From the NCBI RefSeq assembly GCF_009914755.1, contig NC_060937.1: DNA of 64,000 nt; one strand, 5' to 3'. The stretch comes from the human T2T-CHM13v2.0 reference genome, Homo sapiens. Positions 1-13,187 of the stretch are shown here, piece after piece. The first letter of the stretch is position 1. Each line of letters begins with the position of its first letter. The position numbers and the translations under genes are program-made. The notes below the pieces were generated by a model. It did no database searches. It was not told the DNA's origin and saw only the letters and a list, made by a program, of their open reading frames with translations.

Positions 1-245
1 ATATTAATATAATTGAATTGGTCTGTGTTAATCTTGTAAAATTTGATGTTATTCTGTATTTTTTATCTTAGAAGAGAAGCTGTAAATAAGTTCATTAGGT
101 GCTAGTATATGGCATGTATGCTCTGAACATGTGGACACTTTTTAAACTATATTCTTCTAAGCAACTGCAGCTCTGAAAATCAAAATTCCACATAAAATTT
201 ATTTTAAAAATAGAAAACATCCCTATGCTTTTTTAAGACCAGTCG

Positions 246-247
<2 letters not shown>

Positions 248-291
<44 letters not shown>

Positions 292-306
292 GTGTGTGTG
301 TGTGTA
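248..306. repeat. (TA)n(TG)n compound microsatellite at the Alu tail
   Basis: Direct dinucleotide runs next to the Alu poly-T. Confidence 0.95.
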
Positions 307-614
307 TTTTTTTTTTTTTTTTTTGAGATGGAGTCTCGCTGCGTCACACAGGCTGGAGTGCAGTAGCGGGATCTCGGCTCACTGCAACCTTTGCCTCCTG
401 GGTTCAAGTGATTCTGCTGCCTTAGCCTCCTGAGTAGCTGGGATTACAGGCATGTCCACTACGCTTTGCATTTTTTTTTTTTTTTTGTATTTTCAGCAGA
501 GACTGGGTTTCGCCATGTTGGCCAGGCTTGTCTCGAAATCTTGACCTCAAGTGATCCACCGTCCTCGGCCTCCCAAAGTGCTGGGATTAGAGGCATGAGC
601 CACTGCGCCCGGCC
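307..614 (-). mobile_element. Alu, AluS (Sx/Sz-like), full length
   Basis: polyT-GAGATGGAGTCTCGCT...CTCCCAAAGTGCTGGGATT...GCGCCCGGCC, both arms present. Confidence 0.95.
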
Positions 615-649
615 TCAATTCTATTTTTAAATGTAACTGTATTTATTAT

Positions 650-3340
650 AGTTTTTATTTTATATTCTGCACAAACATGTGCAGGTTTGTTACAAGAGTA
701 TGTTACATAATGCTAAGGTTTAGATTTCTATTGCTCCTATCACCCAAATAGTAAACACAGTACCCAATAGGGAGTTTTTCAGCTCTTGCTCCTTTCCCTT
801 CCTCCTTCCTTTTGGGGTTCCCAGTGCCTATTGTTCCTGTCTTTATGTCTGTGTGAATCCAATATTTAGTTCCTGCTTATGAGTGGGAACATGCAATATT
901 TGGTTTTCTATTTCTATGCTAATTCACTTAGAATAATGGCCTCCAGCTCCATCCACATTACTGCAAAGAACTGGATTTCATTCTTTTCTATAGCTGCATA
1001 GTACTCCATGGTGTATATGTACCACATTTCTTTATACAGTCCACCATTCATGGGCACCTAGGTTGATTCCATACCTTTGCTATTGTGAATGGTGCTGCAA
1101 GGAACATACAGGTGCATAGGTCTTTTTGATAGAACAATTTATTTTCCTTTGGCTATATACTCAGTAATGGCTTTACTGGGTTGATTGTTAGTTCTATTTT
1201 TAGTTATTTGAGAAGCATATAAACTGTTTTCCACAGGCTATGAACTAATTTGCATTCCCACCAGCAGTGTGTACGTATTTCCTTTTCCTTGCAACTAGCC
1301 AACATCGATGACTTTTTGACTTTTTAGTACTAGCCATTCTGACTGGTGTGACATGGCATCTCATTGTGGTTTTGATCTGTGTCTCTGATAATTAGAGATG
1401 GTGGAGCATTTTGTAACATGTTTTTTGACCGCTTGTCTGTCTTCTGAGAAATATCTGTTTTTTTTTTGCCCACTTTTTAATGGGGTTTAAGTTTCTTATA
1501 GATTCTGGATATTAGACCTTTATAGGATGCATAGTTTGCAATATTTTTCCCAATCTGTAGTTTGTCTATTTACTCTGTTGATAATTTATTTTGCTGTACA
1601 GAAACTCTTTAATTTAATTAAGTCCCATTTGCCTATTTTTGATTTTGTTGCACTTGCTTTTGGGGTCTTCATAAAAAATTTCTTCACCTAGGCCAGTGTC
1701 TAAAAGAGCATTTCCTAGGTTTTCTTCTAGAATTTTCATAATTTTTCTTATATTTAATTATTTAATCAATCGAGTTAATTTTTGTATATAGTGGGAGGTA
1801 GGGGTCCAAGTTCATTCTTCTGCTTTTTGTTAGCCAGTTTTCAAAGGAGGATTTATTGAAGGGATTCCTTTCTCCATTGTTTATTTTTGCCAACTTTGTT
1901 GAAGATCAGTTGGTTGTAGGTGTATGTGACTTTACTCAGGGGACTTTATTCTGTTTCATGGCTCTATTTTTTTTTAACCAATATGCTGCTGCTTTTGTTA
2001 GTGTAGCCTTGTAGTACAGTTTGAAGTCAGATAATAAAATGCCTCTGAGTTTATTCTTTTTGCTTAGGATTGCTTTGGGTATTTGTGGTTTTGTTTTGTT
2101 TTTTTCTTTTGGGTTTCATATGAATTTTAGATTAGTTTTTTTTTTCCAATTCTGTGAAAAATGACATTGGTAATTTGATAGTAATAGTGTAGATTGCTTT
2201 GAGTAATGTGGACATTTAAATTATATCGATTCCTTCATCCCATGATCATGGGATGTTTTTCTATTTGTGTCATCTATGATTTCTCTCAGAAATGTTTTTT
2301 AGTTTTCTTTGTAGAGATCTTTCACCTCCTAGGTATTTTTTTGTGTCCACTGTAAATACGATTGAGTTCTTGGTATGGCCTTCAGCTTCAACATTACTGA
2401 TGTTTAGAAATGCTGCTTATTTTTGTACATTGATTTTGTATCCTGAGCCTTTGCTGTAGTTGTTTATGAGTTTTAGTAGTCTTTTAGTGGAATCTTTAGG
2501 ATTTTCTGGGTATAAAATTGTATCATAAGCAAAGAGAGATAATCTGACTTCCTCTCTTCATATTTGGATGCTTTTTATTTCTTTTTCTTGCCCAATTGCT
2601 CTGTCTAGGACTTCCAGTGCTGTATTGAATAGGAGTGATCAGAGTGGACATCCTTGTCTTGTTTCAGTTCTTAGGGGTAGTGTTTTTGCCTATTCAGTAT
2701 GATGTTGGCTGTGGGTTTGTCATAGATGGCTTTTATTATTTTGAGGTATGTTCCTTTGATGTCTAGTGTTTGAGGACTCTTGTCATAAAGGGATGTTGAG
2801 TTTCATCAAGTGCTTTTTCTGTGTCTATTGAGATAATCATATGTTTTTTGTATATATTTCTCTTTATGTGGTGAATCACATTTATTAATTTGTTATGATG
2901 AACCATCCTTGCATTCGAGGAACAGAGCTCACTTGATAGTGGTCAATTAACTTTTTGATGTTCTACTGGATTTGGGTTTGCTCATACTTTGTTGAGGATT
3001 TTTGTATCTATGGTCATCAGAGATATTGGCCTGTAGTTTTCTTTTGTTGTTGTTTTTTTGTTTTTGCCAGATTTTGGTATCAGGTTTATAATGGTTTCAT
3101 AGAATGAGTTAGGGAGGAATTCTCCTCCTCAATATTTTGGAATCATTTTAATATGATTGGTAGTGTTCTTCTTTGTACAACTGATAGAATTCAGCTGTGA
3201 ATCTATCTGGCCCACAGCTTTTTTTAGTTGGTAAGTGCTTTTATTTAAATTACTGAGTAAATTTCATTGCTCATTATTGGTATGTTCAGAATTTCTGTTA
3301 ATTCCTGGATCAATCTTGGGAGTTTTATGTTTCCAGGGAT
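650..3340 (-). mobile_element. LINE-1 (L1PA15/16-like), 5'-truncated 3'UTR plus degenerate ORF2
   Basis: Antisense L1 3' end (acatgtgcaggtttgttac...atcacccaaatagt...), then continuous antisense ORF2 (gagagtggacatccttgtcttgtt etc.). Confidence 0.9.
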
Positions 3341-3479
3341 TGGAAATTTAACTATATGTACAATAATGATGAACAATAAAGTATAAAGGAGTAGGTTTAG
3401 CATAGCATAAGTATTTTAATAAATTATTGAATGAACAAACTGGGATTATAAATTTTTTTCTAACTTCTCTTATTTATCT

Positions 3480-3590
3480 AGTCCTGAGGCAGGGTATTTT
3501 ATTTTAGTGTTATTTAACATTTCTTTGCCTCAGTTTCCCTACTTCCAAATGAGCTTTATAATCCTAAATACAGAATAGTAGTAACTATCC
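3480..3590 (+). mobile_element. MIR fragment
   Basis: MIR core gcctcagtttccct..c.aaatg. Confidence 0.5.
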
Positions 3591-4021
3591 TGAAAACCTG
3601 TCGATAGAACCTGATAGATTCTGATAGATTCTGGACATTTCTGCCAGCCTCAGACGCTGTCACTTCAGTCATTTATTCAAAAATCTTAATTAAGCATTAA
3701 TTTATTACATAGTTGAATTTATCAACCCATTTACATACTCTACTTGGGACAAGACAGATCTTGAACCTACTTTTTAAGGCATTTTCTGAGACAATGGTCA
3801 GAAGCAGAGAGAAACTTACGAGCAATGGGGAAGATACGGCTTTTTGTTGTTTTTTTGGATGATGCCTTTAGAAAAAATTCTGCCTTTAAATGACCAATTA
3901 AAAAATAGATTTGACTATTACTCACTGACATTTATGTTTATTCTTTTCAGTGTTTTCTTCTTTGCAGTTAAAATGTATTAATGATTATTGCATTTCACTC
4001 TATATTTGTCATATAAAAGAT

Positions 4022-4195
4022 AGGCTGGGTATATGGTGGCTTATGCCTACAATTCCAACACTTTGGGAGGCTGAGGTGAGAGGATCACTTGAGGCTAGGA
4101 GTTTAAGGCTGCAGTGAGCCATGATTGTACTGCTGCTCTCCAGAGTGGGTGATAGACACCCTATATCAAAATACATACATACATACATAATAAAA
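4022..4195 (+). mobile_element. Alu monomer (FRAM-like or AluJ arm recombinant) with (TACA)n tail
   Basis: GGCTGGGT...CACTTTGGGAGGCTGAGG...AGGAGTTTAAGGCTGCAGTGAGCCATGAT, single ~150-bp unit. Confidence 0.85.
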
Positions 4196-5159
4196 GCTGT
4201 AAAATCTCTCATTTTTTAAATCAGGCATTGTGTTATATATATGTATAGGTTACAAAATTTTTTTACTAATCTTAGCAAGCCTCATACCGCTGAATTATCT
4301 TCTACAAGCTTGACTTTACAAATCAATGCAATCAGGGAAGTTCAATGACAGACTAATTTTGTTTCATTTTGTTTTGTTTCCATTAACAAAGCCCACATTA
4401 GTTGGTGTCTTAAAAGTTATGCCAACATGCCAGCTCAGTAGGGGAATAGATCTTCAGTATTGAAAATCAATGGATTCTGTGTGACACAAAGTAGTACTTT
4501 TAAAAGATGCATTGTGCAAACTTAATCTGGTTTATTTTCTTTGCAGTGGGTAAAATTAGAGTTGGAAAATGATGCAAATATTGACCTATTCATAGTAAGC
4601 AAGGCATAAACCAGGAGACAGTGACTGTTGTAGATTCTGCAACAAAATGAATTTCAACAAGTAGAATATGGTACTTGAAAAATATAGCAAGATTCAGTAA
4701 AAAGGCAGTCTTTATCACAGATCCATTCATTGAGTAAAAACAGTTAATGAGCATCTGATTTGTTCCAGAGACTCTTCAAAATGTGTTGATTATGCCAGAC
4801 AGATCATAGCAATAGACTGTATAAGATCAGTTAGGATGGGCATGAGACAGGAAACTCCGCCACTATTTTGAATTTGAGAAAAGGGATGCAGGCCCTGCAA
4901 GTGGGGAAGAAAATGTGGCTCTATTCCAAGAACACAGGCCTGCTTGTTAGCTTACTTATTTATTCATTTACCTACAATCTTCAACATTTTCAGTTTAAAA
5001 AAGAATAACTCAAAGGTTGGAACAATCAATCGTGAGTTTATCTTAAGGCACTATATACCCTGGAGATTCTTAGATGGTTGGTAAGTTTTTTTCTTTTAAA
5101 GTCAAACAAAGCAAAATGACACCCATGACTCCAGGTATCTAGTCTTCAAGGATGTTTCC

Positions 5160-6079
5160 ACCCTTGTTGGAAGACTGTCCTTTCTCACTGATTGGTCTTG
5201 GTAAACTTGTGGAAAATCATTTGACAACATTTGTGAAGTTTTATTTCTGGGCTTTCTGTTCTATTTGTGTTGGTCTATATGTTGGTTTATGTCAAATTTA
5301 TTGATAATACTATTCATGTAATCTACATCCTTACTGATTTTTTGTCTACTTCATCTATCAGGGATTGAGCAAACTGTGTTAAATTATCTGACAATAATAG
5401 ATTTGTGTATTTGTTTTTATTCAGTTATATCAGTTTTTGCCTTATGTATTTTGATGCTCCATTGTTAGTCTGCACATGTTTAAGATTGTTATGTCTTCTT
5501 GGAGAACTGACCCCTTTATTATTATGTTATGTACCTCTTTATCTCTTATAGTCTTTCCTATTCAGAAGTCACTTTTTTGAAATTGATATTGCTATCCTAG
5601 TTTTCTTTTCAATAGAGTTAGTATGGCATATATTGTTTCATCTCATTTTTTTTAACTTGTATCTTTATATTTAAAGTGTGTTACTTATAAACAGCACACA
5701 GTTGAGCCATCGGGTCTTTTTATTTATTTATTTTTTACATACAGTTTGACAATTTCTGTCTTTAAACTGTTGTATTTATACCATTCATATTTAAGGAATT
5801 ATAGGTATAATTGGAGCAAAATATGTCATCATTGTAACTCTTTTTTATTCATAGCATCTGTTATTTCTTTTCCTGCTTCTTTTTCTTGATACTCTGACTT
5901 TAATTGAGCACTTTATTTGATTCTACATTGTCTCCTCTTTGACATATTATTTTTTCCTTTTGAATTTTTTTTTTAGTGTTTGCACTAGGATTTAAATAAT
6001 TTATGTTCACCTCCTAATAACCAACACTGTTTTATTTGTAGTACAAGTACTTTATAAGAGCTACCACCCCTGTATCTCT
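5160..6079 (-). mobile_element. Old LINE-1 (L1M) fragments
   Basis: Antisense L1M ORF2 motifs (ttatttctgggctttctgttcta; ttgttatgtcttcttggagaactgacccctttattattatg). Confidence 0.75.
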
Positions 6080-6548
6080 TGTGTGTTCAATAAGATTTAA
6101 ACATTTATTTGATTGTGGAGCACAACACAATGACAGATAGATGAAAGGCAGAAGTCTTGGTTATTTACAGCTCCAAAATAGAGAAGGCTGACATACAGGA
6201 TTGTACAAGGATTTGTAAATGGACACAGTGTAACAATTATCTTGTGTCGTAGGGGCAACTTATATATGACAAATAAGGAAGGGGAAGCTAAAGTTCACCA
6301 GGCTTTGTCTAATTTGAACAATTCTATGAACTATTGGGCACAGCAGCTGTCCCTGCTTGCTTAGGTCCTGATCCCAGAGTGTTGGATCTTGGAGAATAAG
6401 GATAATTGTGGTCTGTGCCTAGTGGTCTCAGAGAGTGGGATGTGTTCGGAGTGGGGACTCAGCAAACTGCCCAAGAAGGGAGCTCTGAGGATTTTAGCGA
6501 TAACTTCAAACCCAGGTCAAGGCAACACTCATCAATTGTTATACTACA
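6080..6548 (-). mobile_element. 3' LTR of the ERV (ERVL-class LTR, tentatively LTR52/LTR53/MER76-like)
   Basis: TG...CA bounded ~470 bp directly downstream of env on the minus strand; aatttgaacaatt...gctgtccct motif resembles this LTR group. Confidence 0.6.
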
Positions 6549-6654
6549 ATTGACATCTTGATGTCTTGATATCAATTTTGAGCTGGATAATTTTGGATAT
6601 CTGATTGGTCCAAATAGTAGAGAAGACTTCCAGAAAGCAGGACATCTGTTGCTC

Positions 6655-7330
6655 TAAACAACATAGAAAACTGTTTCTATGACATTAAGGATAAATAAAC
6701 CAAGTAAAAGCATGGAGATTCCCTGAAGGTCAGCTATTAACCAGGATTTCATTTGTTTGGAGTTAAGTAAAAGAATAAATTAGTCATGACAGGGGCCTCC
6801 AGTAATATTTTTGTTGAGTTACAAAATATGTTAAAATTGTGGGTTATGGTATTATGATGATTTCATGGCTCATACATTCTGTTAGAGTGGCGGCTTCACT
6901 AATGTTGTTAATCCACATATAAATATTAATATTATAAACACCCCTTTGATTAGCTAATAAATAATTAAGTGATGATTTATTACTAAAACCTATTTTTGTC
7001 ATTTTTTCCTAGCCTTGTTTAAGTAAGTCTAGTATTTAGCATACTTGAAAAACTAGAGTTTTGGATGTTTTAGGTTAGTGTTAATTATTTTTTATTATTT
7101 AGTAAGAGTGATGGTTCCTGCATCCATTCCATCAAGTCCCAAAGTGGTGGCAACTTCAAATATTATAGGTATGAATGTAGCACATTGTTGATGCTTGGTT
7201 AGGGTGAGGGAAGAATAATTAAAATTTGTATAAACAGGAAGGCCAAGAAAGATTCGAATGCATGGATGCGATTTGTGGCTTTGGGGTAGAGGAAGGATAA
7301 ATACTTTAGAACACACCCACAGTAGAGAGG
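6655..7330 (-). pseudogene. Degenerate retroviral env (SU C-terminus and TM subunit)
   Basis: KHQQC/ATFIPIIFEVATTLGLDGMDAGTITLT (decayed furin site plus fusion peptide, ~7098-7196); KIGFSNKSSLNYLLANQRGVYNINIYMWINN (ISD-like, ~6900-6998); MKSWLIADLQGISMLLLGLFILNVIETVFYVV (TM-like, ~6655-6762); stops and frameshifts between. Confidence 0.8.
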
Positions 7331-7437
7331 ATGAACATTGTGTTTTTTTGTTGGGCTGAACTATAACCCTATAACCCTATAACATTGTCTTTAGATTGGG
7401 AAATTGCACCTTGCCTTATATAATTTAGAATTACTAA

Positions 7438-7936
<499 letters not shown>

Positions 7937-10119
7937 TGGGAAGAGGTTTTTATCTTCCTATATTTATCCATCACACAGCTGGATAAATGTGTGGTGTGAT
8001 ATACGTGGAAGCAAGTTGATGAAAAAAATTAATAATTATGGAGCTTCAATACGTGAAAGGCTAGATCATTTAAATGTATGTGTATGTTGGATGTCTACGT
8101 AAGTAGCCCAGGGACTAAGATGATGGATTTAGACTGTGTTTACCATATAGTATTCTGGAGGGTTAGAGATATGAGCACTATGATAATGGGAGAGACTGCA
8201 GTGCCTCTGTGGATGTTTATTAATGAGGAAGAAGAAGGGGGAGATGATATAGATGAATAAATAGAGCATTGAGAGGCCAACAGATTTATTTTGTTTTACC
8301 TAGGAGAGGACGCAATATGAATATTTTGGTAAGTTCTCCCTTTAGACAAAAAAAGATGAGTGATATTAGCAGAACATTAGCCTTGGAGACATTACAGAGG
8401 CATTGGACTTGGTCTCATGGAGGCTTAACAAAGGTACAAGTTAGAATTACAATCAGAGGGGGTAAACTTTACAGTTTTATAGCTATTGCAAAGCAAGGTT
8501 GAGCTGCAGGGCAAACAGATTCCAGTGTCTGAAAAATCACTCCAGTCTGGTGGGTCCTGCCTTTTCAAAAAAGATTTCGCAATGTGATCAGTCACTGGAG
8601 AAACAACAATGTCTGGAATTTCGTGGTGAGATTTGTCTAGTTCTGGTATAGTTGGGATTGCCAGTAGTTTGATAAGAGGTAGGGGCAAAGTAATCTCTTA
8701 GCGATTTCTTGGATTTGGGCTGAGGTGACATCTTCCGAGACAATGCTTTCTCTACAGCAATCTCTTGGGCTAGGATGATGTGGGACTGGAGAATCCTTCC
8801 TATCTGGATATCAATTTGTGTTTATGTGGTTATGTTTTTGTGGCTGCAGGATGTAATGACACTGAGACACTTGTAGAATTTGAAGAAAATGGGACTTACA
8901 GCTTGACTTGGGGATATCTTTTAAATCAAGAGGCTTTTTGATCACACAGCTAGCAGATGTGATGCCAGCAGCTGTGATCCTGCCATAATTGGACCAAAAC
9001 AACAGGGCCCAACTACTACAGTTAAAGTTCCAATTAATGATGGTTGAATATAAAGGCTCCTAATAGTCCAAGGTTTTGTCCCGTTGGATGATGAAAAGGG
9101 TTCTACCACAAATAGATTCAAATAGATTTTAAATCTTAGGGCCTGTTTTGGTGGAATTGGTTAATTGAATGAGGGCATGTCTGCCATACCCATGGCTGAG
9201 GCTGGAGCTACAGCATTAGCCCGTAGGCAGACCCTCCGTTAGGCAGTTACTATTGACCTTTTGACTCAGTCTTCAGTTTGGTTGGTGACAGGAAAGCTGG
9301 CATGATGGTCTTTGGGCTTCAAGGCTACTATTAGCCAAACTTGGTGCCATGCAGGCCTCAGCATTTGTAATGTTTGATTAAAACAATGTCTTATTTGGTA
9401 GGTTTGAACCTCTGAACTGCAAACCAATAAAAACACACAAAACAATGAAAACAAAACCAAGAGTCAACATAAAGATGTGTTGTTGCATCTTACAGTCATT
9501 TTGCTGTTTGACATTTCTTTCTCTCCGACATGCATTATTACCAAGAAGGAGTTTCTATTTTCATCATGGTGGGGCAGGGTATTGCTTCCAACATTATTTT
9601 CCAGTGCACTTTTCTTTTACCAAATGGAATTGCTTATCCCCTTTCTTGGTAGTCCCCACCATTTGTGGAATGGCCCTGGAGCAATAGTTTTAATATCTTG
9701 AAGGGAATTGGAAAGGGAGGCCATATTTATTATCTGTCCTTTGTACTTGAATAGTCCTGAGTATTTTTAACAGTGAAAATTTAGGTTCAAGTGGGTCCTG
9801 TAACACGTGGACAAGTTCCAGACCTGTAGAGAAATCTACCATTAGGAGAATATCCACTTTTGATATGGCATACAGGTCTTGTGACATGGGCTGTTTGAAA
9901 ATTGATATTCATAGAAAGAGGTTTGATTGAAGGGCCTGATATATAAAGAATCCTCATCAATGTATAAATGAGACATATCTCCCTTTAAACACAGAAAAGG
10001 GCAATGAAGAGGCTTGTAAAAATTTATATGTCATGTAAGTCTGCCCAAATATTTCAAAGTAGGAGAAATTACAGATTTATCCAAAACTGAGACCCAGCTA
10101 GGGGTCCATTTGCTAGACT

Positions 10120-10470
10120 GAAGTTTAAAAATCTGTTGTTTCATATGACTGTGATGTCTTTTCATTAAACTGGTCACCAGGGGGCTATATAACAGATGGA
10201 AATTCCATTGAATACCCTGTTCCAGGGCCCACTGTTACACTGCTTGTGCTGTAAAATGGGATCCCTGATCTGAATCAATAATGTCAGAGTCCAGAAGGGT
10301 ATTAGGATGTTTTTAGCAAGGCCAGTGATTGTTTCATCTGTAGCATGTACAGTTAGAAAGGACAGAAGGAGGTCATTATAGGTATCTATCTAGCTAGAGC
10401 ACAACACGTGACCGCTGCTTAAGGGAGAAGCAGTCCAATATAATCTACTTGCCATCCACTGTAGGGAATA
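10120..10470 (-). pseudogene. Degenerate integrase catalytic core (ERVL-type)
   Basis: WQVDYIG (10434-10454), IIDSDQGSHFTAQAV*QW (DSDQGSHF at 10253-10276), FHLLYSP..SLMKR; the DDE Glu reads as Lys. Confidence 0.85.
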
Positions 10471-10496
10471 TTTCTCCAGGGAATATTGCTATATTT

Positions 10497-11040
10497 TGTT
10501 GGGGCCAAGGGAAAGTTTTCCTTTTGCCCTCTGAAGTTTTACTGAAAATCAACTATCAAAAAAGCAGATTAATGGAATAAAAGGTATACAGATTTATTAA
10601 CATGCACTGGAGTCCTGGAAAATATAAGAACTCACATGGTTGATGCTTTTATACCATCTTAAGGTTACAGAAAAAGTAGGGGCTTGGATCATTGCAAAAC
10701 AGGTTACAGTGGCAAAATAGGTTATGGGAAGAGGAGAAGACGTGCCCTGGATAGTAAAGGTGATCTTGTTACATAGATGAAATGTCACATGTGGCTGCCC
10801 TCAGAGAAAATAGATGGGAAATGTTACTCTAAGACTTTTAAAATGTCAGACTCCTAGTTAATCCTTCCTAAACCTGGATAAGGGAGGGCCTTAGAGAAAG
10901 CCTGACTATATCAATGCAGACTTTCTCTACAAATGCAAATTTGCCCCACAGAAGATACCTTTGCAAAAGTTTCTTCTGTTTGTAGGCCCTCAGATGGCAA
11001 AAAATAAATATTTGGGGTGAAATATTTTGTTATTTTTTCA
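10497..11040 (-). mobile_element. Solo LTR, MER39/MER34 family (ERV1), inserted in the integrase
   Basis: TG...CA ends; minus-strand start tgaaaaaataacaaaatatttcaccccaaatat resembles the MER39/34 5' end; separates the IN zinc finger from the core. Confidence 0.75.
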
Positions 11041-11470
11041 GTATCATGAGTTGCCAATGACAGATTTCACCAGAACATATACATCTATCAACAGCTGATT
11101 TCACCATGAGTTGTATTGAAGAAAGTCCTTTAGCTTTGGCACAATCCATCAGAGAAAGGACTCCTAGATGGCTCAAAGTTTCATGGACCCAGACTGTCCA
11201 TGGTGATAGAACTGAGGAAGATTGGGAAAGGGAAATTTGGTCCTGTTTATCAGTCTCATCATTGAAGAGAGCCTTTGGCATATTAGCATTGGTAGCAGCA
11301 GAGACATGAGTGACCCAAATTTTGAGGAGAATAACTCACCAGTTGATGCTGAGTGGACCATCTCCATAGTTCTTTTCCTTGGAATAAAGAAATTGTCCAT
11401 TTTCTATTTGCTGGGCCAAAAACCAAGACCATTGGCTATTGCCCAGGAATCTGTAAAACAGTGAACAGAT
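11041..11470 (-). pseudogene. Degenerate RNaseH and integrase HHCC zinc finger (ERVL-type pol)
   Basis: FTDSWAIANGLGFW (~11415-11457), WVTHVSA...NDETDK, WVHETLSHLG...AKAKGL...RCICS (ORF 11030-11281). Confidence 0.85.
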
Positions 11471-11474
11471 TTCA

Positions 11475-12390
11475 GTTTTGCAATCTACCCATCTGACAAA
11501 AGTCTAATACCCAGAATATACAAGGAGCTTAAACAAATTTACAAGAAAAAAAACAACAACAACCTCATCAAAAAGTGAACAAAGGATATGAAAAGTCACT
11601 TCTCAAAAGAAGACATTTTTGCAGCTAGCAAACATATGAAAAGGCTCAACATCATTGATCATTAGAGAAATGCAAATTAAAACCACAATGAAATACCATC
11701 TCATGCAAGTCAGAATGGCGACTATTAAAAGTCAAGAAACAATAGATACTGGTGAGGCTGTGGAGAAATAGGAATGCTTTTACACTGTTGGTGCAAATGT
11801 AAATTAGTGTTACCATTGTGGAAGACAGTGTGGCTATTCCTCAAGGATCTAGAACCAGAAATACTATTTGACCCAGCAATCCCATTACTGGGTATATACC
11901 CAAAAGAATATAAATCATTCTACTATAAAGACACTGCATATGTATGTTTATTGCAGCACTATTTATGGAACCAACCCAAATGCCCATGAATGATAGACTG
12001 GATGAAGAAAATGTGGTACATATACCCCATGGAATACTGTGCAGGCATAAAAAGGAATGAGATCATGCCCTTTGCGGGGACACGGATGAAGCTGGAAGCC
12101 ATCATCCTCAGCAAACTAACACAGGAACAGAAAACCAAACACTGCATGTTCTTTCTCATAAGTGGGAGTTGAACAGTGAGAACACATGGACATACAGAGG
12201 CAACAGCCCACACCAGGGCCAGTTGGTGTGTGGGGGACAAGGAGAGGGAGAGCATTAGGACAAATAGCTAATGTATGTGGGGCTTAAAACCTAGATGATG
12301 GGTTAATAAGTGCAGCAAACCACCATGGCACATGTATACCTATGTAACAAACCTACACATTCTGTACTTGTATCCTGGAACTTAAATAAT
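11475..12390 (+). mobile_element. LINE-1 (L1PA8-like) 3' end
   Basis: ORF2 C-terminus (LLHCW..CKLV.PLWKTVW) and 3'UTR gcattaggacaaatagctaatg...cctggaacttaaa. Confidence 0.9.
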
Positions 12391-12402
12391 GATTAAGAAA
12401 AG

Positions 12403-12440
12403 AAGATATAGATAGACAGAAAGATAGATGATAGATAGAT
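12403..12440. repeat. (GATA)n-like microsatellite from the L1 tail
   Basis: gatagacagaaagatagatgatagatagat. Confidence 0.8.
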
Positions 12441-12479
12441 CTTTTCTCTCTTTCCTTTTCCCCTTTTTTATAACCTTGT

Positions 12480-13187
12480 AATATCTGTCCAAGCTATCTG
12501 TTCCTATTTATTCCTACTGTCACCACATGTATTTAAGGCCACATTTTACATAATAAGATATTTAAATAGATCCTTGACCTGGTTTTCTGGGGACACCTTC
12601 TTCCCCTTTCTAATCAATTTTATAATCCTTTCAATTTATTATTTCTGTACTACTTCTCTAATCAGTACCTTTCCATGATGAAAGTTGTCAGTAGCTCTGT
12701 CTCTTTTCAAGAATAATGTCCACATTACTTAGTTAATAATTCAATGTGTACATAACTGCAATTTATCTTTTCCATTCTATTTCTCACAATTCCTCTTAGT
12801 GATATTTACTGTTAAAATGCAGAAGTAATAGATACTTTCAATTGATGTAAGACACTCAGATTATTCAGTATTTTATTAGACTAGCTTTAAAGTATGTCTT
12901 CATATTCACCCAGCCCTAACCGCCCTTCCAGAGTCTCAAAACACCAACACTCCCATCATTTTTTCCTTCAAAGCAGTATTTTGCATCCATAGGATTTTCC
13001 TCCATACATCTTATAAAATGCCTTTCTATCTCATTATGTAATTGTTTATCTATGTATTTCATCTCCTCAACTAGGTTGTATATTTTTCAGAGGGCAACCT
13101 TCATATTTGATTAATGTTTGTTTGATCATATCATTCAATATAGTGACTTAAATCTTGCTGATCCACAAAAACAATTTGTTGAATGAA
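12480..13187 (+). mobile_element. L2 3' remnant
   Basis: Ends in the L2 terminus aatttgttgaatgaatg; degenerate upstream. Confidence 0.55.

Noticed and set aside
3595-3635. ctgatagatt micro-duplications
   Set aside because: Ordinary slippage; too short to be meaningful.
11774-12172. ORFs resembling a real protein
   Set aside because: Frameshifted L1 ORF2 C-terminus.
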